DNA of 9,678 nt from a virus (Duplodnaviria > Heunggongvirae > Uroviricota > Caudoviricetes), in the IMG/VR virus record IMGVR_UViG_2534682162_000003, positions 1 to 9,678 of that record. The stretch is one strand, 5' to 3'. A model generated the notes under the pieces. That model had not been told where the DNA came from. It ran no database searches and saw nothing but the letters and a program-made list of their open reading frames with translations. Shown here piece after piece: positions 1 through 6,757 of the stretch. The translations under genes were made by a program, and so were the position numbers. How positions within the stretch are numbered: the stretch's first letter is position 1; every line of letters begins with the position of its first letter.

Positions 1-333
1 GCGAAAATCTGCACTCCGGGCGCGGATGGTGACAACATCCGGCGCGCCCCGGTGTTCAACCTCATCAACGGTAAATTTCCCTTTGCATACCAGGGCAAAA
101 CCTTTCCAGCCGATATACACCGTCAGGACAGCGCCACGAACCGGCAGCCCGACCTGCCCGTCGGCATCGTTCAGTTCAATATCAAGCTGGTCAGCCTCAA
201 AGCCCCGGTTATCCGTCAGGGTCATGCTCATCAGACGGTCGCTGATATTGCCGGTAATATCCCTGCTGTCGAGCATCAGCATGTAATCCGGCGTCAGCGT
301 ACTGCCTGCATCAAATGTCAGCGTATCCAGCAT
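1..333 (-). CDS. D: Tail/baseplate protein D (phage late control gene D family), N-terminal 111 codons only; gene continues past the window start
   Basis: Minus-strand frame is open from the ATG at 333..331 to position 1 (hand-translated: MLDTLTFDAGSTLTPDYMLMLDSRDITGNISDRLMSMTLTDNRGFEADQLDIELNDADGQVGLPVRGAVLTVYIGWKGF...). Its start overlaps the U stop as TAATG (331..335). Position after U matches the P2 order T-U-D. Family assignment is from memory of gpD-like N-termini, not a search. Confidence 0.75.
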   Translation of the reverse strand, partial: MLDTLTFDAGSTLTPDYMLMLDSRDITGNISDRLMSMTLTDNRGFEADQLDIELNDADGQVGLPVRGAVLTVYIGWKGFALVCKGKFTVDEVEHRGAPDVVTIRARSADFR

Positions 334-812
334 TATCCCGCCCCCGTCATACCCGTGAATTTAGTTGCCATACTGCCCGCCTTACCGATGAGCGATTCCG
401 CCTGTTTACCGATATCGCCATAAAGCGCGGCCAGTGATTCATCAACGCGGGTAAGTGACAGCGTAAAATCAATTTTCCGGGGTGTGCCGTCTGCAAAGAA
501 AATACTCCCTGTTTCACTCACCCTGCTGATGACATACATGCCGTAAATCATGCCTGTGCCATCCAGCAACGGCCACGCCCGGCCTTCCTCAGCCATCAGC
601 CTGAGCGTGGTCATCGTCAGCTTGCCGCCGGTCAGTTCGGGATAAAGCACACCGGCAAGCGTGATATTTTCCTCGCCAACACCGAGAAACTGGTAGGCAT
701 CCCGTTTACCGATACGGGAATTTGACGGCCAGCGATAATCTGATTCACGCTGCATGGTCTGGTGTGGCAGCGTCTGGCGCATAAAAACAAACATACCTAA
801 CGCGAGCATCAT
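333..812 (-). CDS. U: Tail protein U (P2 gpU-like)
   Basis: 159-aa ORF, the length I recall for P2 gpU. AGGAGG Shine-Dalgarno at 819..824 (minus strand), overlapping the end of T. Sits between T and D as in P2. Confidence 0.85.
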   Translation of the reverse strand: MMLALGMFVFMRQTLPHQTMQRESDYRWPSNSRIGKRDAYQFLGVGEENITLAGVLYPELTGGKLTMTTLRLMAEEGRAWPLLDGTGMIYGMYVISRVSETGSIFFADGTPRKIDFTLSLTRVDESLAALYGDIGKQAESLIGKAGSMATKFTGMTGAG

Positions 813-826
813 TTTTCGTCACCTCC

Positions 827-3274
827 TTAACCGTCATGCATCATGCTGGCACGGGCGCGCGCACGTTTATCCCGCTCGTATTTTTCGAGCGCATCCTGTA
901 ACTGGCGGTCGAGCTGAGTCCCCGGCGCAGTACCGCCCGTCAGACTGATGTGATATTCGTTTTTACTCTGGTCCACATAAGAGCGGCCAGCCGGTGCCGT
1001 AACCGGCTGATAAGCCTGATAGCCTGCATAAGAGCTGGTCGCCGGAATATAACCACCGGTGCCATACGTGGCGGCATGAGTTCTGGCGGCGGTCTGGTCA
1101 AGCGTGCCTGACTCTTTGTTGATAACACCGAGTTTTTCCAGTACCCAGTCAATACCGCTGCGCAGTTTGTTGAACGCATTAAGCGGCAGCATCAACGCGT
1201 CAGCCAGTGCCTGCCCGAACATGACGCCAGTATCACGGCAACGGTTCAGGGTGTCCTGGGTGGCTTTGACCGGGGCAATCAGGTTTTTAAACCACTGCCA
1301 CGCGGCCTGTAACTTTTCGCCCAGCCAGTCAAACACCGGCTTAAGTGGCGTGAACAGTTCCCCCACCGGCGCAAATGCCGCTTTCAGCCCTTCCATCACA
1401 CCGCCAAAGAATGCGCTGACAGGCTCCCAGTATTTACGGATAAGCAACGCCCCGGCGACAATGGCGGCCACCACGGCCACAACCGGCCAGCTAATCGCCC
1501 CGATGGCAGTCATAACAGCACTGCCAACCGTCGTGAAGATTGCCCCCATTGCGCCTGCTGCCACGATGATGGCATTGATGCCGGTGATAACCGGCCAGGC
1601 TACAAGACCAATGGCACCGATGATGCCAGTAAGCGCCAGCGCGCCACCGGCAATTAGGCCAATGGTTGACGCCAGTGATTTGTTTTTCTGGATCCAGCCG
1701 TCGAGTTTTAACACATACTTTGTGGCCGTCTGCGTGAGCTTACGCAGTGCGCCTTCCTGCTGGTCAAACAGGTCAGTCCCCACCGCTTCATAAGCGGACT
1801 GAAACTCCTTAAAGTCACCGCCGAGGTTGTCCTGCATGATTTTAACCAGCTCTTCCGTTTTACCGTCTGAGGCTTTCAGTGTGGCGGTCAGCTTATCCAG
1901 TTTTCCGCTTGCAGCCGCTGCCAGTAAAACGTTCGCTGATTTCAGGGCTTCCTCACCAAAAATGGTTTTAAGGTATTCCCCCTTCTGAGACGTTCCCAGC
2001 TTGTGTTTATCAAAGCTGGCCTGAATCTCTTTCAGAATGGTGAACAACGGACGCATATTTCCCTTTTTGTCCGAGGTTTTAACGCCAAGCTCTTTGAGTG
2101 CATCCCATGCTTTTCCAGTCGGTGCCTGTAATCGGGTGACAACGGCACTGCCACCCGTACCCGCCATTGACCCCCTGATGTTATTGTCATGCAGCACACC
2201 TGTCATGGCCGCTGCCTGTTCAAGACTTACACCTGCCGTCCTCGCAACCGGACCGAGGTAAGTCAGTGCATCACTGAGTCCCTGAAAATCAGCCGCCGAC
2301 TTATTCATCGTTGCCGACAACACGTCGCCCACATGGCTGACATCATCATTTGACAGTTGAAAGGATGCCTTAGTCCCCAGCAACAGTTGCGCGTTTTCTT
2401 CCATCGACCGCTGATTCGCCAGTGCCATATTCAGCGTGACCGGCGTTGCCGCCTGAATAGCCGCAGCATCTCCACCCGCTTTCGCAATGATAATCTGCGC
2501 ACCGGCCGCATCATCCGCTGAGGCGGCGGTATTGTCGCCGAGCTGGCGCGCCTGTTTGCGGAGCGCGGCCATTTCGGCGGAATCTTTTGCCACACCGAGC
2601 ACGGCCTGCAATTCTGAGTTTTTCTGCGCAAACTCATAACCGGGCATCAGCAGCTTAACTCCGGCCATCGTTCCCGCCGCCGCAATCCCCACACCGGCAG
2701 CGCCCACTGAGGCCATATTTCCGGCAAGTTCTTTTCCTGCCTGATAACGCTGTTTGACTGCGTTAAGTTTTGCCTGTTGTGCACTGACACGCGCCAGCGC
2801 GTCACGCTGCCGGTTAAGCTGTGCGGTGGTTTCACTGATACGGTTTTTCAGCCCCTGCTCATCATGTGCAAGATTGCGGGTATTAATTCCCACAGCGGCC
2901 AGTTCCCGCTGCTGGCGTTTAACGGAATCCGTCAGGCGGTTATATTTCGCCTGTAAGTCCTCCGCCGCACGCTTTGCGGATTCCAGCACTTTCGCCTGAG
3001 CACGGGTCGGACGTTCAGTGTTTTTAAACTGTGTGGCAAGTGCTTCGGCCTCCTGCCGTGCCTTTTCAAGTGCATGACCAGTCACGGCAAGCTGTGCACT
3101 GGTCTTGCGAAATCCCTCAATACGGGATGCGTGACCATTCAGCTCGCGCAGTGATTTTTGTGTTTCCCGGATATCCCCCGACAGCGACTTACTCGCTGTG
3201 CGGATGGATTTAAACGGGCGGGATGCCTGGTCAACAGCCCTGAGCAATACCTGTAATTTTACATTGTTACTCAT
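827..3274 (-). CDS. T: Tail tape measure protein (P2 gpT-like)
   Basis: 815-aa ORF. N-terminal region is charged and Ala/Gln/Arg-rich (coiled-coil character), followed by long Gly/Ala-rich hydrophobic segments (e.g. LTGIIGAIGLVAWPVITGINAIIVAAGAMGAIF...), typical of tape measure proteins. Located directly downstream of the E/E' chaperone pair. Confidence 0.9.
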   Translation of the reverse strand: MSNNVKLQVLLRAVDQASRPFKSIRTASKSLSGDIRETQKSLRELNGHASRIEGFRKTSAQLAVTGHALEKARQEAEALATQFKNTERPTRAQAKVLESAKRAAEDLQAKYNRLTDSVKRQQRELAAVGINTRNLAHDEQGLKNRISETTAQLNRQRDALARVSAQQAKLNAVKQRYQAGKELAGNMASVGAAGVGIAAAGTMAGVKLLMPGYEFAQKNSELQAVLGVAKDSAEMAALRKQARQLGDNTAASADDAAGAQIIIAKAGGDAAAIQAATPVTLNMALANQRSMEENAQLLLGTKASFQLSNDDVSHVGDVLSATMNKSAADFQGLSDALTYLGPVARTAGVSLEQAAAMTGVLHDNNIRGSMAGTGGSAVVTRLQAPTGKAWDALKELGVKTSDKKGNMRPLFTILKEIQASFDKHKLGTSQKGEYLKTIFGEEALKSANVLLAAAASGKLDKLTATLKASDGKTEELVKIMQDNLGGDFKEFQSAYEAVGTDLFDQQEGALRKLTQTATKYVLKLDGWIQKNKSLASTIGLIAGGALALTGIIGAIGLVAWPVITGINAIIVAAGAMGAIFTTVGSAVMTAIGAISWPVVAVVAAIVAGALLIRKYWEPVSAFFGGVMEGLKAAFAPVGELFTPLKPVFDWLGEKLQAAWQWFKNLIAPVKATQDTLNRCRDTGVMFGQALADALMLPLNAFNKLRSGIDWVLEKLGVINKESGTLDQTAARTHAATYGTGGYIPATSSYAGYQAYQPVTAPAGRSYVDQSKNEYHISLTGGTAPGTQLDRQLQDALEKYERDKRARARASMMHDG

Positions 3275-3694
3275 TCGTGTTTCCGCTTCGCTGGAGCGCC
3301 TTTTCGCGCCATGTGATGAGTTCGGTCAGGCTCATGGGATACAGTTCTGATGGCGGCCAGTGAAATATCACTGCCACATCCGCCATCAGGTCATCTACCG
3401 ACAGATTTTTCGGAAACGTCACTGCACCGAGTTCGGCGACAAAAAACCGACCACCTTACCGGCCAGTTCCACAAGGTCAGGCAGTTCCATCGCGGCGACT
3501 TCCTGCTCGGTCAGCATCGGTGCCGTCATGCGCGGCAGCACCTTAATAAGTGCATCGACTTCGGAGTGTGCGACCGAAGCCAGACTGACACCGCGAAGCG
3601 TCCCGGCATTAGGTTTCATCAGCGTGACCTGTTTGATAACCTGCTCACCACGTTTGACCGGATTTTCCAGGGTAATCACATTTTCTTTGTTCAT
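3267..3694 (-). CDS. E': Tail assembly chaperone E+E' fusion made by programmed -1 ribosomal frameshift
   Basis: Hand-translated: after a -1 slip on T TTT TTG, the frame stays open for 58 codons (VAELGAVTFPKNLSVDDLMADVAVIFHWPPSELYPMSLTELITWREKALQRSGNTNE) and ends at TAA 3269..3267, overlapping the T start codon (3274..3272). This is the P2 arrangement, analogous to lambda G/GT. Confidence 0.65.
3419..3694 (-). CDS. E: Tail assembly chaperone E (P2 gpE-like)
   Basis: 91-aa ORF between FII and T. Contains the T TTT TTG slippery heptamer near its 3' end. Confidence 0.85.
   Translation of the reverse strand: MNKENVITLENPVKRGEQVIKQVTLMKPNAGTLRGVSLASVAHSEVDALIKVLPRMTAPMLTEQEVAAMELPDLVELAGKVVGFLSPNSVQ
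3440..3446 (-). promoter_or_regulatory. -1 frameshift slippery heptamer T TTT TTG (minus strand)
   Basis: Plus strand 3440..3448 reads caaaaaacc, so the minus strand reads ggttttttg. In the E reading frame this gives GGT TTT TTG, the canonical X XXY YYZ layout. Confidence 0.65.
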
Positions 3695-3750
3695 GGTTTT
3701 CTCACTTCTGAATCAGGGTTAACCGGTCAGCCAGGCTGACCGGATGAAAA

Positions 3751-4269
3751 TCACAGGCCGATATTGCGGCGGTGTTGCTCCAGCCGGTCGACGCCGTTCA
3801 CCTTCTCAATCATGTTGATGGTGTCGATTTCGACCAGCTCCTTACCGTCCATCGTCAGCCGGAAATAGGTGCAGACCACGGAGATTTTCGACTCGGTGTC
3901 TTCTCCCTGTTTGCCCTCGCCGGTGTCGATTTCTTTCTGACGTCCACGCATGACCACCTCGACGGCCACCGTTTCGCCGGTATCGTCACGCTGGTAAGAG
4001 CCTGCAAAACGAATCGGTACGGCATCCACACCGGTTGCGGCGTAAAGCTCCCAGATAACCGAATCCGGGAAGCCCCCGAGCGACCACTCCATTGACAGCG
4101 CATCGTCATCAAGGCCGAGGTCTACCGGTGCGCTGCCGTTCATCCCCGCACCGCGATAGTTTTCGAGCTTACGGGTCAGTTTTGGTAGCGTGACGGACTT
4201 CGCGACGCCCTGATAGCTGTAGCCGTTCAGAAAGACGTTCATTAACTTGAGTTTGCGCGGCATTGCCAT
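3751..4269 (-). CDS. FII: Tail tube protein (P2 gpFII-like)
   Basis: 172-aa ORF immediately downstream of the sheath gene. AGGAG Shine-Dalgarno at 4273..4277 (minus strand), overlapping the FI stop. Confidence 0.9.
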   Translation of the reverse strand: MAMPRKLKLMNVFLNGYSYQGVAKSVTLPKLTRKLENYRGAGMNGSAPVDLGLDDDALSMEWSLGGFPDSVIWELYAATGVDAVPIRFAGSYQRDDTGETVAVEVVMRGRQKEIDTGEGKQGEDTESKISVVCTYFRLTMDGKELVEIDTINMIEKVNGVDRLEQHRRNIGL

Positions 4270-4281
4270 CGGTCAGGCTCC

Positions 4282-5472
4282 TTAATTGCTGTTAACCGAG
4301 GTGACCAGATTTGCCAGGTATTTATCGGTAATACGCTGGCGCAGGGTCAGGTTTTCAAGAGGAGGCACCGGTGTATAGTCGTAGTCGATATACAGTTTTC
4401 CGGCCTTGAGGGTTTCCGCATCGTTGGATTCTTCGCTGAACCAGCAGGTCGCATCCACGATATAGCCGTTTGTTTTCAGCTCACGGAATTTGGCATTGAT
4501 GCCGTCAACGATGTCGCGAATCAGCGTTGCGGTGATGGGCTTGTCCACCGCCCACATGTGCGCCTCAGCCATCGTGTCGGCCAGCACCTGCGCGGTGCGG
4601 GTGTAGTTTTCAAAGAGGAACAGCGGGTCATCAGAGCAGGTACGGTTACCCCAGAAGCGGAAACCGTCGCGGCGAATCAGCGTAGTGACGCCTGACTCGT
4701 TAAGCAGGTCAGCATCGGTGCCGGACTCCTGCAAGTCCCAGAATACAGATGCGCTGATGCCGGTAACACCGTTCACCCCGACATTGGACAGCGTTTTATG
4801 CCAGCCCTGCTCCTGGTCGATTTTGGCACGCAGCCCCAGTGCACGGGCGGTTGCATACGCGGTGGCGGTGGTACTGGTGACCGTATCCCATGCGAGGAAA
4901 TCCGGCCAGATGACCATCAGCTCACGCTGGCTGAAATTCTGGCGGTAAGCTTTCACCTCGGAAATGGTTTTACAGCCCCATGCGCTGATATACCCGAAAG
5001 CGCGCAACTTCTGACAGACTGATGCCAGTGCAACAGCCACCTCTTTGGTATCCAGCCCCGGCACACCGAGAATACGCGGTTTAACACCGGTTACCGACTC
5101 CGCCGCCAGCAGGGCTTTCAGTCCGGTGTACTGGCCGTTTTCGTCGGTGGTGCCGATGATATTGGAAACGGTCTGCGCGAGTTTCGTTTCTTCGTCGTCG
5201 CCGGTTCCGTCTTCCACGCGCACGACAACGGTGACCGGTTTTGACTGGTCAGCGATGGCCTGCAACGATGCCGCCAGCGTGCCTTTTTTACCGGCCTTTG
5301 CAATGGCGCTCTGCACATTGGTAATCAGCACAGGTTTATTGAGGGGGAAGGTTTCCGCATCCGCATCGCTGGCCGTGCAGACCATGCCGACAATGGCAGT
5401 GGATACGGTGGAAATGACGCGGGTGCCGTCGTTAATCTCCAGCACCTGCACGCCGTGATGATAGTCACTCAT
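4282..5472 (-). CDS. FI: Contractile tail sheath protein (P2 gpFI-like)
   Basis: 396-aa ORF, first gene of the FI-FII-E-T-U-D block. GGAG Shine-Dalgarno at 5480..5483 (minus strand). Confidence 0.9.
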   Translation of the reverse strand: MSDYHHGVQVLEINDGTRVISTVSTAIVGMVCTASDADAETFPLNKPVLITNVQSAIAKAGKKGTLAASLQAIADQSKPVTVVVRVEDGTGDDEETKLAQTVSNIIGTTDENGQYTGLKALLAAESVTGVKPRILGVPGLDTKEVAVALASVCQKLRAFGYISAWGCKTISEVKAYRQNFSQRELMVIWPDFLAWDTVTSTTATAYATARALGLRAKIDQEQGWHKTLSNVGVNGVTGISASVFWDLQESGTDADLLNESGVTTLIRRDGFRFWGNRTCSDDPLFLFENYTRTAQVLADTMAEAHMWAVDKPITATLIRDIVDGINAKFRELKTNGYIVDATCWFSEESNDAETLKAGKLYIDYDYTPVPPLENLTLRQRITDKYLANLVTSVNSN

Positions 5473-5561
5473 CCGTTTAACTCCGTGGTTAATGGGTGCA
5501 ACTATTTTCTGTTGTGCAGTGCATGAGACGCTATTTGACCTGACTGGTCAGTGGATGAAAC
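5473..5561 (-). promoter_or_regulatory. Probable late promoter region for the FI-FII-E-T-U-D operon (P_F equivalent)
   Basis: About 90 bp lies between the minus-strand terminator and the FI start, and by synteny with P2 this is where the activator-dependent late promoter should be. I found no clean TGT-N12-ACA dyad by eye; only a short CTGAC-tg-GTCAG dyad at 5540..5551. Confidence 0.3.
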
Positions 5562-5596
5562 AACAGATAAAGAAAAGGCGGGCAATTCGCCCGCCT
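5562..5596 (-). terminator. Rho-independent terminator on the minus strand
   Basis: 8-bp GC-rich stem (5576..5583 aggcgggc pairing with 5589..5596 gcccgcct) with a 5-nt loop. On the minus strand it is followed by TTTCTTTATCTG (5575..5564). Confidence 0.55.
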
Positions 5597-5625
5597 GTCC
5601 TGATTTGTACTCACTCATTTTCCGC

Positions 5626-5660
5626 CTGACAATTTACATAGCCCAAATGCTATCAAATCT
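5626..5660 (+). promoter_or_regulatory. Candidate sigma70-type promoter for the cargo gene
   Basis: -35-like cTGACA at 5626..5631 and an extended -10-like TGcTATCAA at 5648..5656, with a 19-bp spacer (longer than optimal). Identified by eye only. Confidence 0.25.
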
Positions 5661-5692
5661 GACAGTCTGCTTTGAGCGAAAAGCAGACTGTC
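5661..5692. repeat. Perfect 13-bp inverted repeat with 6-nt spacer (GACAGTCTGCTTT gagcga AAAGCAGACTGTC)
   Basis: Read directly from the sequence: 5661..5673 is the exact reverse complement of 5680..5692. Lies about 115 bp upstream of the cargo start and just downstream of the candidate promoter. Confidence 0.6.
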
Positions 5693-5808
5693 ACGCGTTG
5701 AAGTTAATTGTATTACTTAGATAAACACTATCATTTTCCTGACGTTAAGTTGTATCTTTGATAGGATTAAAAAACGTATAGATAGCTTATGCTACTGAGG
5801 GAATAAAA

Positions 5809-6618
5809 ATGACGAAAATTAGTGAACGATGGAAGCACAATGGCATTACTGAAGGTTATTGCAATATTTGTGGGAAATATGGCTTGCTCACAAAAGATCA
5901 TGTTCCTCCAAAGTGCGCCATAACCTTAGGCCCTGTTTTGCAGAAAACAGTTAGCGAATTTTTTGGTATTCAGGAACCAGTTAAACCATTAAATGCTAAA
6001 AATGGCTCTTATTTCAGAACCATTTGCAGCCACTGTAACAATAAGGTATTAGGTGGGCTCGATGTTGCAATTGAAAATGTAACAAAGTCCTTTAAAGAAC
6101 AGTTAAGTCGATATATGAATGGTATGAATGTATATCCATTCATTAGAATACCTTTTGATAGCATATCTTTCACTAAGGCTATGATTGGGCACGTGCTATC
6201 AGCAACTTCAGTTGAAGATTGTAAAAAAGAACCCGTAGATAGCCCCTTCTATACACCTTTAAAGGATTATGTTTTGGGTAAAAATTCAAGTTTTGAGGAA
6301 ACTCATGATATTTACTACTGGTTTTACCCACACAGAATGCACATATCCGCTCAAAGTGTAGCATTTATGAACGAAGGACATGTGGCATTTATTTGTGCTT
6401 TACATTTTTTCCCTATCGGTTTTATTATCACAATGAAAAATGAAGGAACATACCCTGCCCACTCTACAAAATTAGAACTTGAAGATAAATTCCTTACATT
6501 TAATATGACCTCTATAAATTATGAGTATACGACATTTCCATTTGTAAATCTTAAGGGAAACCAAATGTATGCGATAAGCAACGGTCATACTTGTGTGAGT
6601 TATCCAATAATTAAGTGA
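5809..6618 (+). CDS. Hypothetical protein with N-terminal HNH-like zinc-finger nuclease motif; candidate anti-phage defence/exclusion cargo
   Basis: 269-aa ORF with a GAGGGA Shine-Dalgarno 6 nt upstream of the ATG. The translation contains C18-x2-C21, D30-H31-V-P-P and C74-S-H-C77-N-N-K80, matching the CxxC...DHxxP...CxxCNxxK pattern of HNH/His-Me finger nucleases. The remaining ~190 aa are aromatic-rich with no motif I recognise. Confidence 0.75.
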   Translation: MTKISERWKHNGITEGYCNICGKYGLLTKDHVPPKCAITLGPVLQKTVSEFFGIQEPVKPLNAKNGSYFRTICSHCNNKVLGGLDVAIENVTKSFKEQLSRYMNGMNVYPFIRIPFDSISFTKAMIGHVLSATSVEDCKKEPVDSPFYTPLKDYVLGKNSSFEETHDIYYWFYPHRMHISAQSVAFMNEGHVAFICALHFFPIGFIITMKNEGTYPAHSTKLELEDKFLTFNMTSINYEYTTFPFVNLKGNQMYAISNGHTCVSYPIIK

Positions 6619-6672
6619 CGGCTAAATCATACAATCTACGCATGTTCACTTTCTACATATACCATCTATAAT

Positions 6673-6722
6673 GTCCGCTGTTGGCACAGAGCGGACTGTC
6701 AGATCAGGCTTTACTCTGTGCC
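6673..6722. repeat. Overlapping inverted repeats between the cargo stop and the G stop
   Basis: GTCCGCT (6673..6679) pairs with AGCGGAC (6690..6696); GGCACAGAG (6683..6691) pairs with CTCTGTGCC (6714..6722). Neither is followed by a clean U-tract on either strand. Confidence 0.4.
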
Positions 6723-6757
6723 ATAGATATGTAAGCTCACACCAGAGCTCATACAAC

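Larger units (their letters stand above)
5597..6757. other. AT-rich accessory (moron/cargo) island between G and FI, at the P2 Z/fun position
   Basis: By eye, GC content drops sharply here (roughly 35-40%) against a backbone of about 55%. The only gene is on the opposite strand to the flanking structural operons. Confidence 0.65.

Noticed and set aside
26-423. Plus-strand ORFs 26..286 and 52..423
   Set aside because: They are antisense to the open minus-strand D reading frame, which has the expected family character and a coupled start at the U stop. Shadow ORFs in GC-rich coding DNA.
1104-1793. 229-aa plus-strand ORF inside T, plus other antisense ORFs within T (940..1179, 2037..2261, 2431..2637, 2647..2835, 2754..2999, 3031..3213)
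   Set aside because: All lie wholly within the 815-aa tape measure gene on the opposite strand or in another frame. Low-complexity Ala/Pro/Ser-rich translations typical of antisense GC-rich DNA, with no ribosome-binding sites noted.
3350-3739. Plus-strand ORFs 3350..3739 and 3360..3722 overlapping E/E'
   Set aside because: Antisense to the E and E' frames, which are supported by the slippery heptamer and synteny.
4685-5458. Plus-strand ORFs inside FI (4685..4948, 4798..5022, 5045..5458), the minus-strand ORF 5118..5318, and plus/minus ORFs inside FII (3772..4095, 3855..4112)
   Set aside because: Embedded in the sheath and tube genes in other frames. No independent support.
5555-5629. 24-codon plus-strand ORF (MKQQIKKRRAIRPPVLICTHSFSA) upstream of the cargo gene
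   Set aside because: Runs straight through the terminator stem-loop and has a weak ribosome-binding site. More likely non-coding, though a leader peptide cannot be excluded.
6179-6364. 61-aa minus-strand ORF inside the cargo gene
   Set aside because: Antisense to the well-supported 269-aa cargo ORF. AT-rich sequence readily gives short spurious ORFs.
5597-6757. Insertion sequence or integrase-mediated element carrying the cargo gene
   Set aside because: No transposase or recombinase ORF and no long terminal inverted repeats. Only short repeats flank the gene, so this looks like a moron at a phage hotspot, not an autonomous mobile element.
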